In this document: in pieces, positions 32,189 to 42,490 of the stretch
Numbering within the stretch: the stretch's first letter is position 1
Layout of the letters: the number at the start of each line of letters is the position of its first letter
NCBI GenBank assembly: GCA_963664115.2
Contig: CAXWPJ010000002.1
Location: 288,001 to 352,000, forward strand
Source of the DNA: Terriglobia bacterium
GTDB taxonomy: Bacteria > Acidobacteriota > Terriglobia > 20CM-2-55-15
Length of the DNA: 64,000 bases
Direction of reading: 5' to 3'
Translations under genes and position numbers: made by a program
The notes under the pieces: generated by a model
Database searches by the model: none
Seen by the model: the letters and a program-made list of their open reading frames with translations, nothing else
What the model was told of the DNA's origin: nothing

Positions 32189-32605
32189 ATGGAATCTGGC
32201 ACCAAACTCGGCCACTACGAGATCTCAACGCTCTTAGGTAAAGGGTGGAATGGGTGAGGTGTGGCGTGCCAAGGACACCAAACTCGGGCGTGAAGTTGCG
32301 ATCAAGACACTTCCGGAAGAGTTTGCAAAGGATGCGGATCGCCTGGCCCGGTTTGAACGTGAAGCAAAGCTGCTTGCCTCTCTGAACCATCCGAACATTG
32401 CCGCTATTCACGGGTTTGAGCAAGACGGCGAGACACACTTCCTGGTTCTTGAACTTGTTGAAGGCGACACGCTGGCGGATCAGCGAGTTGCCGGTTAGTT
32501 TCCGCGGGGGAGTTGGGCGCCGGACGACACGATCGTCCTCGGACTGGGTGCCGGAGGGCTGGCTCGCGTTCCCGGAGGCGGTGGCAATCCGGAGATTGTC
32601 GCTAC
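32189..32605 (+). pseudogene. Ser/Thr kinase-TolB 5' fragment (copy 2) fused to an internal propeller scrap
   Basis: MESGTKLGHYEISTLLGK, frameshift, MGEVWRAKD...LVEGDTLADQ, then SWAPDDTIVLGLGAGGLARVPGGGGNPE resembling the propeller blades of the full copy. Confidence 0.85.
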
Positions 32606-32684
32606 CGCGACACTGCGGAGTTCTGACGTCAAGTTGACACTGCTCTTCTAATCCCCGCCCTCCTGCATCTCAAGCTCCTCCACG

Positions 32685-33059
32685 TTACTCTTCCCAACGG
32701 CCGATCGTCGTTCCATCACCTAACTTCGCGCCGACAAAGCCGCCCAGAGGGCGGCCGCTAATATCTCGACGCAACATCATGATCACCTCATCGCCCGGGG
32801 TAAACGTTGATGGGCCATAGCCTTGACGATACAGTTGAGCGGGGATACCCCATTCTGCGCTCCACTCAACTCTCTCACCCCCCTCGTCTGTGACATACAC
32901 CTGAATCCATGAATGGGGATTCTGGTATTGGAACTCCTTTATGATGCCCTCGATTCTCGTAATCTCCTCACTACGCCTACCCACGGTCGAGTGATGGGCA
33001 GCAGCAAACTCCGCAAAAAACACCAAAGCAACCGCGCCGACAAAACCAAACTTAACCAT
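32685..33059 (-). CDS. DUF6152-like secreted protein
   Basis: AAAHHS, QNPHSWIQV, W..EW; alternative start at 33101 from a tandem duplication. Confidence 0.8.
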   Translation of the reverse strand: MVKFGFVGAVALVFFAEFAAAHHSTVGRRSEEITRIEGIIKEFQYQNPHSWIQVYVTDEGGERVEWSAEWGIPAQLYRQGYGPSTFTPGDEVIMMLRRDISGRPLGGFVGAKLGDGTTIGRWEE

Positions 33060-33130
33060 CGATCGCATTCCTCTTCTCCTTTGACAAGATAACTTAACCA
33101 TCGATCGCACTCCTCTACTCCTTTGACAAG
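33049..33130. repeat. 42-bp tandem duplication covering an RBS and start codon
   Basis: AACTTAACCATCGATCGCA(T/C)TCCTCT(T/A)CTCCTTTGACAAG twice. Confidence 0.9.
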
Positions 33131-33218
33131 GCATCGCGTAACACTGACTGCATGCCGCTATTCCACTGGAACACCTCACCGTCCGCCGCCACAGCCAAGC
33201 TTCGCCCCTCTTGATCGA

Positions 33219-34076
33219 CTAATACTCGATTGTTCTCCCCTCTTCATCGACTACCGCTCGATTGTTCTCCGCGCATACGTAGTCGAATATGCGGAACCCA
33301 TCGGGTTGCTGATAGAAGCGCTTCTCGACAACCCAGGGCCTTGTCAGAGCTTGAGGATCTTCGAGAGTTATTTCCACCAACAACACATCTTCCAGTTCCC
33401 CCTGGTCGTTTGCCTCCTGCACGCGTCGAATGCGCGTCGTACCACGCGATTCCTCGCTCAGGACGAGTCCGCTTCTGTCTAAGATACTGTCTTGGTCGCT
33501 CCAACCTTTCAAGCCGATAGTCGTAAAGACGAGAGTATCGCCCTCCCAATGACCAACGGAGTCTCCGTAGAACGTATTCCACGCATCCTCCAAGTGGGGG
33601 CGTCCGTCTGTGTAGATCCTCATGATGCCGCGAGTATGTTCGCTAAGGACCCAGACTTGTTCGGGGCGGACGATGAATTCCGCATTCATGTTCACATTGA
33701 ATATCCGCGGAAACCCGTGCGGAATGCACCTCGTGAGCGGATCGGGAAACCGTCCCTGATCCCTGAGTTCTACATGACTCTGGTAGATCGCCTCCCACTC
33801 CTCGGTATAGGGAGGATGGGCACGAGTGCCCACCGTGTTCACGCCGTATTCGCGGATGTTCGGGTCGGCAGGTTCCCCGTTCAGGGTCCAGGTCTCTTCG
33901 TCGAAAACTGGTCCGGCCCTCCTGGCCCAAACGCCACTCCAATCAGGAAGCGAATCGGAGTCTCGAAGCACCGCTTCTTGTTCCGACTCCAGCGTAGAAC
34001 CAGAAGAAATGGGAACCGCTGCGGTCACAACCGCCGTCAGCGTCAGCGCGACACAGGCCACGCGGCGAGTCAACAT
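33219..34076 (-). CDS. Secreted 'WEGDTLV' family protein
   Basis: PDWSGVW, DPLTRCIPHGFPR, GDSVGHWEGDTLV, EDP.ALTRPW, DYVCAENN. Confidence 0.85.
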   Translation of the reverse strand: MLTRRVACVALTLTAVVTAAVPISSGSTLESEQEAVLRDSDSLPDWSGVWARRAGPVFDEETWTLNGEPADPNIREYGVNTVGTRAHPPYTEEWEAIYQSHVELRDQGRFPDPLTRCIPHGFPRIFNVNMNAEFIVRPEQVWVLSEHTRGIMRIYTDGRPHLEDAWNTFYGDSVGHWEGDTLVFTTIGLKGWSDQDSILDRSGLVLSEESRGTTRIRRVQEANDQGELEDVLLVEITLEDPQALTRPWVVEKRFYQQPDGFRIFDYVCAENNRAVVDEEGRTIEY

Positions 34077-34389
34077 CTTGAATCCCCTCTCTTGCATTGC
34101 CAAATTACCTCTCTGTCTAAAATGCTTTGCTGTCCCAGTCCGATGGGCTGCATCGATTCAAAACGTCAATAACAGCGAAGATACTCATCTTGATCCTGTG
34201 GACTGATGTTCGTTGGCTCATGAACGCTCACCCCCTAAACGGGGACGTTCAATTTGGTTGCTCAGATCACATCTTTTATACACTGACACCCGCCCGACAG
34301 GCCAGATTTTTCTGTCCCCTCTGTTCCAACATCAGCGAGACGCCTGCCTGATCGATAATTAGTGAGCAGGGCGGGAAGCCTTTTCTACG

Positions 34390-34677
34390 GTGCAGATCGA
34401 AGTGATGAGCCGGACCAGCTCGCCCTCCACTGGTCGTGCGTATGGTCTGGCCCGTGTGCTGGCGGCAGAATTCGTGGCCGGCGCGCCCGATATTGTTATG
34501 CAGGGAGACTACCTCGCGCCCAACAACGGCCGTCCGTATTCCGTTTCGTCTGACGGACAAAGGTTTCTTATGATCAAGGACGCCACGATAGCAGGGGATA
34601 GTGATGTCCTCCCACCCCAGGTCAACATTGTCTTGAACTGGACGAGTGAGCTGCTCGAGCGCGTGCCGGTCCCTTAA
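34390..34677 (+). pseudogene. Ser/Thr kinase-TolB 3' fragment
   Basis: YSVSSDGQRFLMIK...QVNIVLNWTSELLERVPVP*, paralogous to the end of 36384-38822. Confidence 0.8.
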
Positions 34678-34772
34678 TTGTCTGGCAGCCTGCCCGCAGA
34701 GCTTCTTCCCTGTGCTTCAAGTCTGATTAGGTAACGAGTGGTCACGTAGTGTCTAGGAACCACTGGCACCTA

Positions 34773-34835
34773 ACGTCCCAGAAGTCACCTTATGGGAAGT
34801 CAGGTCCCGATAAATCAATTGTCGGACAGTGAGAA
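34773..34835 (+). repeat. Two adjacent dif-like sites: second class 11-6-11 (34773-34800) and palindromic site F (34803-34835)
   Basis: ACGTCCCAGAA-GTCACC-TTATGGGAAGT then GGTCCCGATAA-ATCAA-TTGTCGGACAGTGAGAA. Confidence 0.75.
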
Positions 34836-35203
34836 TTGGATGAGATCCGCCAGCTCACAACTTTCTTGCTTATAACCCATACCTGTAGTTAGATTTATCC
34901 AACTTTTTCACGTTTCGTTTCGGCACACACTAATTTATGGAATCTGGCACCAAACTCGGCCACTACGAGATCTCAACGCTCCTTGGAAAAGGAGGCATGG
35001 GGGAAGTGTGGCGTGCCCGGGACACGAAACTGGGGCGTGAAGTTGCGATCAAAACCCTGCCAGAAGAGTTTGCTAAAGATGCTGATCGGTTGGCACGCTT
35101 TGAACGTGAAGCCAAACTTCTGGCGTCGCTGAATCACCCAAACATTGCAGCCATCCACGGGTTTGAAGAGGACAACGGAACGCACTTCCTTGTGCTGGAA
35201 CTA

Positions 35204-36354
35204 GTGGTCCCCGTTAAACAGACTGTAACTTATCAAGATTTCGCCGGCCGCGCTGGACTTTAGCAAGGATGTCGGAAGCCGTTGCAGTCCAGATGAAGGG
35301 TTTCGGGTCTTCATTGTGACGAGCGAGGTAGTCCTCCACGGCCTGGATCAACTCGGGGACCGAGCGGAAAACGCCACGCCGGAGTCGTTGCTCGGACAGA
35401 TCCCGGAAAAAGCGCTCGACCATGTTGAGCCACGACGCACTGGTTGGCGTGAAGTGCACATGAAAACGCTTGTTACGCTTGAGCCAGTTGACGACTTTCT
35501 GATGTTTGTGAGTCGCATAGTTGTCGCAAATAATGTGGATCTCCTTATCTTTCGGCATGGCGCGTTTGATCTGATTCAGAAACCGGATCCATTCCTGATG
35601 GCGATGCTTTGGCATGCAGGTTCCGATGACCGAACCGTCCAGGATGTTGAGCGCGGCGAAAAGCGTGGTTGTCCCGTTACGTTTGTAATCGTGGGTCATG
35701 GTGCCACACCGCCCCTTCTTCAGAGGTAACCCGGGTTGCGTGCGGTCCAGGGCCTGCATCTGGCTCTTCTCATCGCAGGACAAGACAATGGCGTTTTCCG
35801 GTGGGCTCAGATACAGACCGACCACATCCTCCAGCTTTTCGGCGAATCGTTTGTCGTTGGATAGTTTGAAGGTTCGTGACAGATGAGGCTTCAGTCCATG
35901 GACCCGCCAGATTTTCCCGACCGTGGACTCGCTCACGCCAACGGCCTTCGCCATCGAGGCCCGACTCCAGTGCGTCGCGTTCGGGGGCTTCTCTTCCAGT
36001 GTCTTCTTGACGATCCGGGCTCGCTTCCGGCGACTGATCGTGGGAATCCGTCCGCTTCGCGGCGCATCCTTTTCGATCCCAGCCAAGCCCTGTTCCACAA
36101 AACGATTGCGCCAGCGGCCCGCTTTCTGGCGCGTGATCTCCAAGCGGGCGGCGATCTCATAATTGTTCCGACCTTCAGCGGCCAGTAATACAATTCGGGA
36201 TCGTTCCGCCAACCGGACCGATGTACTCCGGCTTCGACTCAGTCGCTCCAACTCCATCCGCTGCTTGTCATCCAATTCAATGGTCGGTGCTTTCCTCATT
36301 CTCTATTGGACGTTGGAAAGCTATTTTAGTTACATTACTTCGAGCGGGGTACAC
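35204..36354 (-). mobile_element. IS630-family insertion sequence, copy 2 (transposase 35214-36299)
   Basis: Identical protein to copy 1; TA duplication in CTAG. Confidence 0.9.
35214..36299 (-). CDS. IS630-family transposase
   Basis: Identical to 25220-26305. Confidence 0.95.
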   Translation of the reverse strand: MRKAPTIELDDKQRMELERLSRSRSTSVRLAERSRIVLLAAEGRNNYEIAARLEITRQKAGRWRNRFVEQGLAGIEKDAPRSGRIPTISRRKRARIVKKTLEEKPPNATHWSRASMAKAVGVSESTVGKIWRVHGLKPHLSRTFKLSNDKRFAEKLEDVVGLYLSPPENAIVLSCDEKSQMQALDRTQPGLPLKKGRCGTMTHDYKRNGTTTLFAALNILDGSVIGTCMPKHRHQEWIRFLNQIKRAMPKDKEIHIICDNYATHKHQKVVNWLKRNKRFHVHFTPTSASWLNMVERFFRDLSEQRLRRGVFRSVPELIQAVEDYLARHNEDPKPFIWTATASDILAKVQRGRRNLDKLQSV

Positions 36355-38838
36355 TAGTAGAAGGCGACACGCTTGCGGATCAGTTGAAGCGTGGTGCCAT
36401 TCCTGTCGAAGAATCACTGAAGCTAGCCTTACAAATCGCGGAGGCTTTGGAGGCCGCGCATGAAAAAGGGGTCATCCACCGTGACCTGAAACCAGCGAAC
36501 GTCAAGGTCACACCAGACGGGAAAGTGAAGGTGTTGGATTTCGGCCTCGCAAAAGCCTTTGACGGGGGCGCCGCTGACGCAAACGTATCGAACTCTCCCA
36601 CGCTCAGCATGGCCGCGACACAGCAGGGTGTCATCCTCGGGACAGCGGCGTACATGTCGCCGGAGCAAGCCCGAGGTGAGAACGCTGACCAGAGGGTCGA
36701 TGTATGGGCTTTCGGAGTGGTTCTGTTTGAGATGCTGACCGGTCGCGGGACGTTTGATGGACACACAGTTTCTGATGTTCTGGCTGCCGTTCTTGCCAGA
36801 GACCCGGATTGGAATAGCCTTCCCCACAACCTACACGCGCAACTGCGGCGACTCCTTGAACGATGCCTATCGAAAGAGTTGAAAGACCGATACCACGGCA
36901 TTGCTGATGCGCGGGTGGATATTGAGAGCGTATTGGCTGATCCCAACGGTGTGATTGCGCAGCCAGTCGCTCAAGTTGTTCAGGCCACCCCGCCGAGACT
37001 CCACGTGGTGGCCGCAATCGCTCTGGCCGCCATGGTTGCCGGTGTGAGTGTCTGGACTCTGAAACCAACCGACCCTCGCCCGGTCAGCCGCCTTGAATAC
37101 AACCTGCCAGAGGGACTCGCTGTACTGGTTCCTAACGGGCGGCCTGCAGTCGCCATTTCACCCAACGGGGAGCAGTTCGTATACTACGCTAACAGTATTG
37201 GGGATAGTGAAGAAGGGCTCTACGTTCGCTCGATGGATGAACTTGAAGCCCGCATTATTCCGGGCGCGGAAAATCCGGAGAACCTCGTCTTCTCACCCGA
37301 CGGGCAGGAAATTGCCTACTACCAAGGAGCGGCGCCCGGGCGATTGATGAAGATCGCAGTTAGTGGTGGTGCACCTGTGACTCTTTCGGAACCAATTGGG
37401 AATCCTTTTGGCGTGAGCTGGGAGTCAGACGGCACGATTCTTTTCGGGCAATCAGATGGGATCTGGAGCGTGTCGGAAAGCGGTGGTGAACCAGACCATT
37501 TGATAGTAACAGAACCGGGTGAACAGGTTCACGGGCCGCAGCTTCTGCCCGGGGGAGAATGGATTCTGTTCACGCTTACTGGTGAGACTGGAGACAGCCG
37601 TTGGGACGAAGCCAACATCGTTGTCGAGTCGCTTTCCTCCGGCGAGCGTCGAGTATTGCGACAGGGCGGCAGCGACGCTCGTTATGTTCCGACTGGACAT
37701 CTCGTCTATGCTTTCGGAGATGGGCTCTTCGCCTTGCCCTTCGATGTGGACAGTCTGGAACTCAGTGGGGGACCCACATCGATACTTCAAGGTGTTCGAC
37801 GGGCCTTTGCCCCAGGACTCCAGACCGGCGTAGCGTATTATGGCTTTTCCAACAACGGGACGCTCGTTTATCTTCCCGCACCTCCTCCTTACGGTGTGTC
37901 CACGCTGGTCACAGTGGATCGTAGTGGGAACCCCCAGTCCTTCACCGGCGAAGCGCGCAACTATACCCGACCCCGGGTCTCACCCGACGGCAGCCGCGTT
38001 GCCGTAGAGGCCACCGAGACAGGCGGAGCTACACCTACCCACATTTGGATCGTGGATATTGAAACCGGGAATGGCACGCAACTGACGTTTGAAGGATCGC
38101 AGAATGAGTTTCCTGTGTGGGCGCCCGATAGTCAGACGGTCGTCTTCAGGTCTGACAGATCCGGGAGGATGGCGCTTTACACGAAGTCGGCGGCTGGCAG
38201 CGGAGAGGCTGAATTAGTGTTTGAAGGAAGCGGCACGCTGGTTGCCACCGACGTGCTACCCGATGGGACCCTGCTCTTGCAGGAGTCCAACGGTGACAAC
38301 GATGACATCTGGACACTGCCTTTAGACGGCGACGGCTCTCCCTCGGAGTTCCTGGCGACACCGGCCAATGAGCGGAGTGCACGCTTCTCTCCCGACGGCA
38401 GATGGATCGCATACATTTCCGACGAGTCCGGCCAGTTTCATGTCTACGTGCGACCCTACCCTAGGTCGAACGGAGGGCAGAGGCGCGTTTCAGAAAGTGG
38501 GTTTGGGAACTATGCGCCGGTCTGGTCTCCCGATGGGGGCCAGCTATACTATGTCGCGGGACCTCCAGAGATTCTGATGAACGTCCCGATACAGACAGAC
38601 CCCAACCTGCTGCCTGGCCGCCCACAAGAATTGTTCCCGATCGATGGAGCATTTCAGGCCGACGCGCGGACAACATTTGTCCCACTCTGGGGTCTCACTC
38701 CCGATGGGACACAATTCGTATTCGTCCAAGCGGCAGCGCGGGACAACCCCGACGTACCCACGCAATTCAACGTCGTCCTGAACTGGTTTGAAGAACTGAA
38801 AGAACGGGTGCCGGTGCCATAGATGACCGTGAAAATGA

Positions 38839-38878
38839 TTCTCAAGTCCTGAGAAATCATCTTGTCGGACATTGAGAA
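38839..38878 (+). repeat. Palindromic site G (best copy)
   Basis: TTCTCAAGTCCTGAGAA-ATCATC-TTGTCGGACATTGAGAA, 16 bp after the kinase stop. Confidence 0.9.
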
Positions 38879-39035
38879 TTCTTGAACATAGGTGCCGAGT
38901 CACGAAAAGTCCGGAGACGCCGTAAATGAAGCCGAAAAGCATGAACTTCCACTCAACTGTAAATTGCCTGCTCGTAGTGGCTGTTGCCATCGGGATGGAG
39001 GCCGCGTTCTGCGGTACTAACGCGGGGGGGGCGAT

Positions 39036-40559
39036 ATGAATCGACGAGAGTTCATTGGCAGTGCGACGGGCTTGGGTGCGGCATTGGCATTCCCCGCCGG
39101 GCGTTCAAGTAGACTCATGGCGATTCAACTGCCAACCGACATCGTCGGCTTCACTGCGTCGCAACTGTCGACGGCTATCCAACAAAGACAAGTTAGTTGC
39201 GTCGAAGTGATGGAAGCCTATCTACAACAGATTCACCGTTACAATCCAGTCTATAACGCCATCGTCAGCATGGCCGATGACGATCTGCTAATCAGCCAGG
39301 CGGAACTCGCCGATCAAGCCTTGGCCCGCGGCGAATATCGGGGTTGGATGCACGGAATGCCTCATGCCGTCAAGGACCTGTACGATGCGGAAGGCTTTCC
39401 AACAAGCAGGGGCTCTACCATCTACGCGGGAACCGTGGCGGAACAAGATAGTTTCATGATCGGCAGAATCCGTAGCCAGGGCGCGATCTTCATAGGAAAG
39501 ACGAATGTGCCTGAATTTGGTATGGGTTCGCAATCATACAACCCTGTATTCGGTGCCACGGGCAGCGCGTACAATCCGGCACTGACGGCAGGTGGTAGCA
39601 GTGGTGGCGCCGCAAGTGGTCTTGGGACCCACATGCTTCCGGTGGCTGACGGTGGTGACTTGATGGGGTCGCTTCGCAATCCAGGCGCCTTCAATAACGT
39701 GATCGGATTTAGGCCTAGTCAGGGGCGAGTGCCGGGCGGTGGCGGGGGCGACCTGTTTTACCAGCAGATGTCCACAGGTGGTCCGATGGGGCGTAACAGT
39801 GAAGATACGATTCGCCTTCTGCACAGTATCGCCGGCTACGACTCCGGCCAACCGCTGACCCTCAGGGGTGAAATACCGCCCTATGAGGAGTTCAGGGCGC
39901 GTGATCTACGGGACCTCAAAATCGGGTGGATGGAAAATTATGAAGGCTATCTCAACATCGAACCTGGCATTCTTGAACTCTGTGAAGCCAGCCTCGGTGG
40001 TCTCACAAGAGAGGGCGCGATTGTCGAGTCGTGCAGGCCACAGTACGACATGGACCGGCTTTGGCAGACTTGGCTGACGTTACGCCACTGGACCCGTCAC
40101 GGAACTAGGGCGCTCTACGACGATCCCGACACTCGAAAGCTGTTAAAGCCGGAAGCCATCTGGGAGATCGAAGGCTCGTTCGACGCTTCGGGGGCGGATA
40201 TATACGAGGCAGGAATCGCCCGTGCAGACTGGTTCCGTGCTTTGGATTCTCTGTTTGATGAGTACGACTTCTTGGTCTTGCCAACTGCTCAGGTATTTCC
40301 TTTCTCAAAGGAGATTCATTGGCCCGAGTCCATCAACGGCGTTCGGATGGACACCTATCATCGCTGGATGGAGGTAGTAATTGGGGGGACATTGGCTGGC
40401 CTCCCAGTGGTCAACGTACCCGTGGGGTTCGATCAGCGGGGCCGACCCATGGGCATGCAAGTCATGGGACGGTTCGGGGAGGATCAGAGGATTCTGGAAT
40501 TTGCCATGGCCTACGAACGAGTTACGGATCACCTAGACCTGCGTCCAGAATTGGTTTAA
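39036..40559 (+). CDS. Amidase signature family enzyme, Tat-exported
   Basis: NRREF Tat motif; AVKD, GKTNVPEF, GGSSGG, DGGDLMGSLRNP. Confidence 0.9.
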   Translation: MNRREFIGSATGLGAALAFPAGRSSRLMAIQLPTDIVGFTASQLSTAIQQRQVSCVEVMEAYLQQIHRYNPVYNAIVSMADDDLLISQAELADQALARGEYRGWMHGMPHAVKDLYDAEGFPTSRGSTIYAGTVAEQDSFMIGRIRSQGAIFIGKTNVPEFGMGSQSYNPVFGATGSAYNPALTAGGSSGGAASGLGTHMLPVADGGDLMGSLRNPGAFNNVIGFRPSQGRVPGGGGGDLFYQQMSTGGPMGRNSEDTIRLLHSIAGYDSGQPLTLRGEIPPYEEFRARDLRDLKIGWMENYEGYLNIEPGILELCEASLGGLTREGAIVESCRPQYDMDRLWQTWLTLRHWTRHGTRALYDDPDTRKLLKPEAIWEIEGSFDASGADIYEAGIARADWFRALDSLFDEYDFLVLPTAQVFPFSKEIHWPESINGVRMDTYHRWMEVVIGGTLAGLPVVNVPVGFDQRGRPMGMQVMGRFGEDQRILEFAMAYERVTDHLDLRPELV

Positions 40560-40743
40560 AGAACTGAAGGAACGGGTGCCGGTGCCGTGATCGGTTTGCA
40601 TTTCCTACTCACCACTCGACCAGCGTCTCTTCCGTAATCGCCGCCCCGCAGCCATCGAAACGAACCCTGCGCTTCATTGACAGTGCCATTCGCAAACTCT
40701 ACAATTCGCTGAAAACTGCTCCGCATTACAAGAGGTGACTCCA

Positions 40744-41724
40744 ATGAAACGAGCTATGGTATATGTGGCGTCGGGCGCGGTGTGCGCTATTCTTTCCTGC
40801 GGTTCCGCCTTTTCCCAGGAAGCTATTCCGACTGGAGGCCCGATTCCCGACATACGCGGATTCACCAGCCGGCTCAACGATCCCGAGGCGGTTGCGGCGA
40901 TCGAGGTAGTTGTCCGCCATGTTGCCGGGCAGGTGTACGTGATTGCGGGCGCAGGTGGGAATGTGACGGTCATGGCGGGCGATGATGGCATTTTCATCGT
41001 CGACACGAATTACCCCGCTTTCTACGACCAGATCATAGCCGCAATTCGACGCATCTCGGACGGGCCCATCCGCTTCGTGGTCAACACGCACTCTCACCTA
41101 GACCACAGCGGCAACAACGAAAGCTTTGCCAGGGAGGGCGCGGTGATCATCACTCAGCCCAACCTGCGCCGGGCGTTGATAGGAGATCGCAGCGGTTCGG
41201 ATCTTCCGGGCGGATTGCCTGTGATCACATCGACGGAACCGATGTCGTTTCACTTCAACGGGGAGGAAGTTCTCTTCGTGCCGTTGAAGCCCTCGCACAC
41301 GGACGGAGACGCGGCGGTGTACTTCAGCGGTTCCGACGTGTGGTCCTTTGGTGACGTGTACCGGACGGACTATCCGTCCTTGAATCCCTCCGTTGGTGGC
41401 ACGATTGAGAATTTCGTTGATATTTACAGCATGGCGCTTGATATGACGACGCCGGCCACGATTTTTGTCCCCGGCCACGGCCAACTCTCGCCCAGAGAGG
41501 AGCTGAGCGGAGTGCTTGACGCCGTGATCACGATTCAGGGTCGTTTCCGCGACATGGTGGCACGGGGCATGACGCTCGACGAGATCATGGAGGCACGTCC
41601 GTCAAGGGAGTTCGATGCTCGCTTCTCCAGCGAATCCAAATCGCCCACCACGGGCAATACGGTAGAGCGCGTTTACACTCGCTTTTACGAAGATGTTTCA
41701 CGGGAGCTGGCGGAACAACAGTGA
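40744..41724 (+). CDS. MBL-fold metallo-hydrolase (cyclase-like), exported
   Basis: NTHSHLDHSGNN, SHTDGD, FGD, VPGHG. Confidence 0.9.
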   Translation: MKRAMVYVASGAVCAILSCGSAFSQEAIPTGGPIPDIRGFTSRLNDPEAVAAIEVVVRHVAGQVYVIAGAGGNVTVMAGDDGIFIVDTNYPAFYDQIIAAIRRISDGPIRFVVNTHSHLDHSGNNESFAREGAVIITQPNLRRALIGDRSGSDLPGGLPVITSTEPMSFHFNGEEVLFVPLKPSHTDGDAAVYFSGSDVWSFGDVYRTDYPSLNPSVGGTIENFVDIYSMALDMTTPATIFVPGHGQLSPREELSGVLDAVITIQGRFRDMVARGMTLDEIMEARPSREFDARFSSESKSPTTGNTVERVYTRFYEDVSRELAEQQ

Positions 41725-42006
41725 AGGACTTCCCCGGATGGGTCCTGTCATGTTAGCTGGAATTCGTTCTGTTTCGAGGAGAAATCGATTCTAGCCAGGC
41801 CAGGAATCATCAACTTAGCTGGCATTGCGATCAGTGAAATCTTCATTTGATCGGTTTACTTGGCAACCCCTTTCTGTAGGACCGTCTTCTCTACACATGG
41901 TGGCCGCTAGAAAATCAACATCGTCCTGAACTGCTTGAAGAACTGAAGGAACGGGTGCCGGTTCCTTAGACGACCGTGAAAATGATTGTCAACGCCCGAT
42001 AAATCA

Positions 42007-42082
42007 ATTCGGATCAACCGGTCGATGCAACACTTTACTGAAAAGGAGAGGTCAAGTGTTGCATCGATCTATTGAGACCACC
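42007..42082. mobile_element. 76-bp IS30-type MITE inserted in the spacer of palindromic site H (41986-42006 + 42083-42103), CA duplication
   Basis: ATTCGGATCAACCGGTCGATGCAACAC...GTGTTGCATCGATCTATTGAGACCACC closely match both ends of the IS30 at 29966-31214. Confidence 0.85.
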
Positions 42083-42490
42083 CATCTTCGCGGACGTTGA
42101 GAATGCGTCGATTCCAATCATTGCTTCCAACCCACTCGTTCTAAAGCATAGGACTGGTTGCCCTAAGCCGACTCCTGGGGCGTTGAATTTGGATCGGTAA
42201 ACGAAACGGCGTTACTCGCGAGTAATCGTCGTTGATACCGCACGTCCTCAACCGCCGCGGACTGGGTGTCCGCAGCCCTTTCGACACTCTTGAACCTATA
42301 GTCGCTGTGCAAATCATCGAAAGATGGGGGTATGCGGTCATCTAGGTCTACAATGAGAGAAATCGGGATGGTAGCACTCCTCCATTAGCACCCACCGCAT
42401 CTGCTCTGCGAAGTCATCCTGTGCTGGTCCGGCCGTCCAAACCGAGGCACTGGATCGACGCTCCAAAACCTGTCGGTCACCCGGAGAACC

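Larger units (their letters stand above)
34937..38822 (+). pseudogene. Hanks-type Ser/Thr kinase + TM + TolB/PD40 beta-propellers (910 aa when rebuilt), interrupted by IS630
   Basis: GKGGMGEV, VAIK, HRDLKPAN, DFG, SPE and SPDG repeats. Removing 35204-36356 restores ...LEL-VEGDTLADQLKRG in frame. Confidence 0.9.

Noticed and set aside
34390-38822. Diversity-generating retroelement or shufflon using kinase tails as template or variable repeats
   Set aside because: No reverse transcriptase or invertase; differences are not confined to adenines; all tails are in direct orientation and mostly too short.
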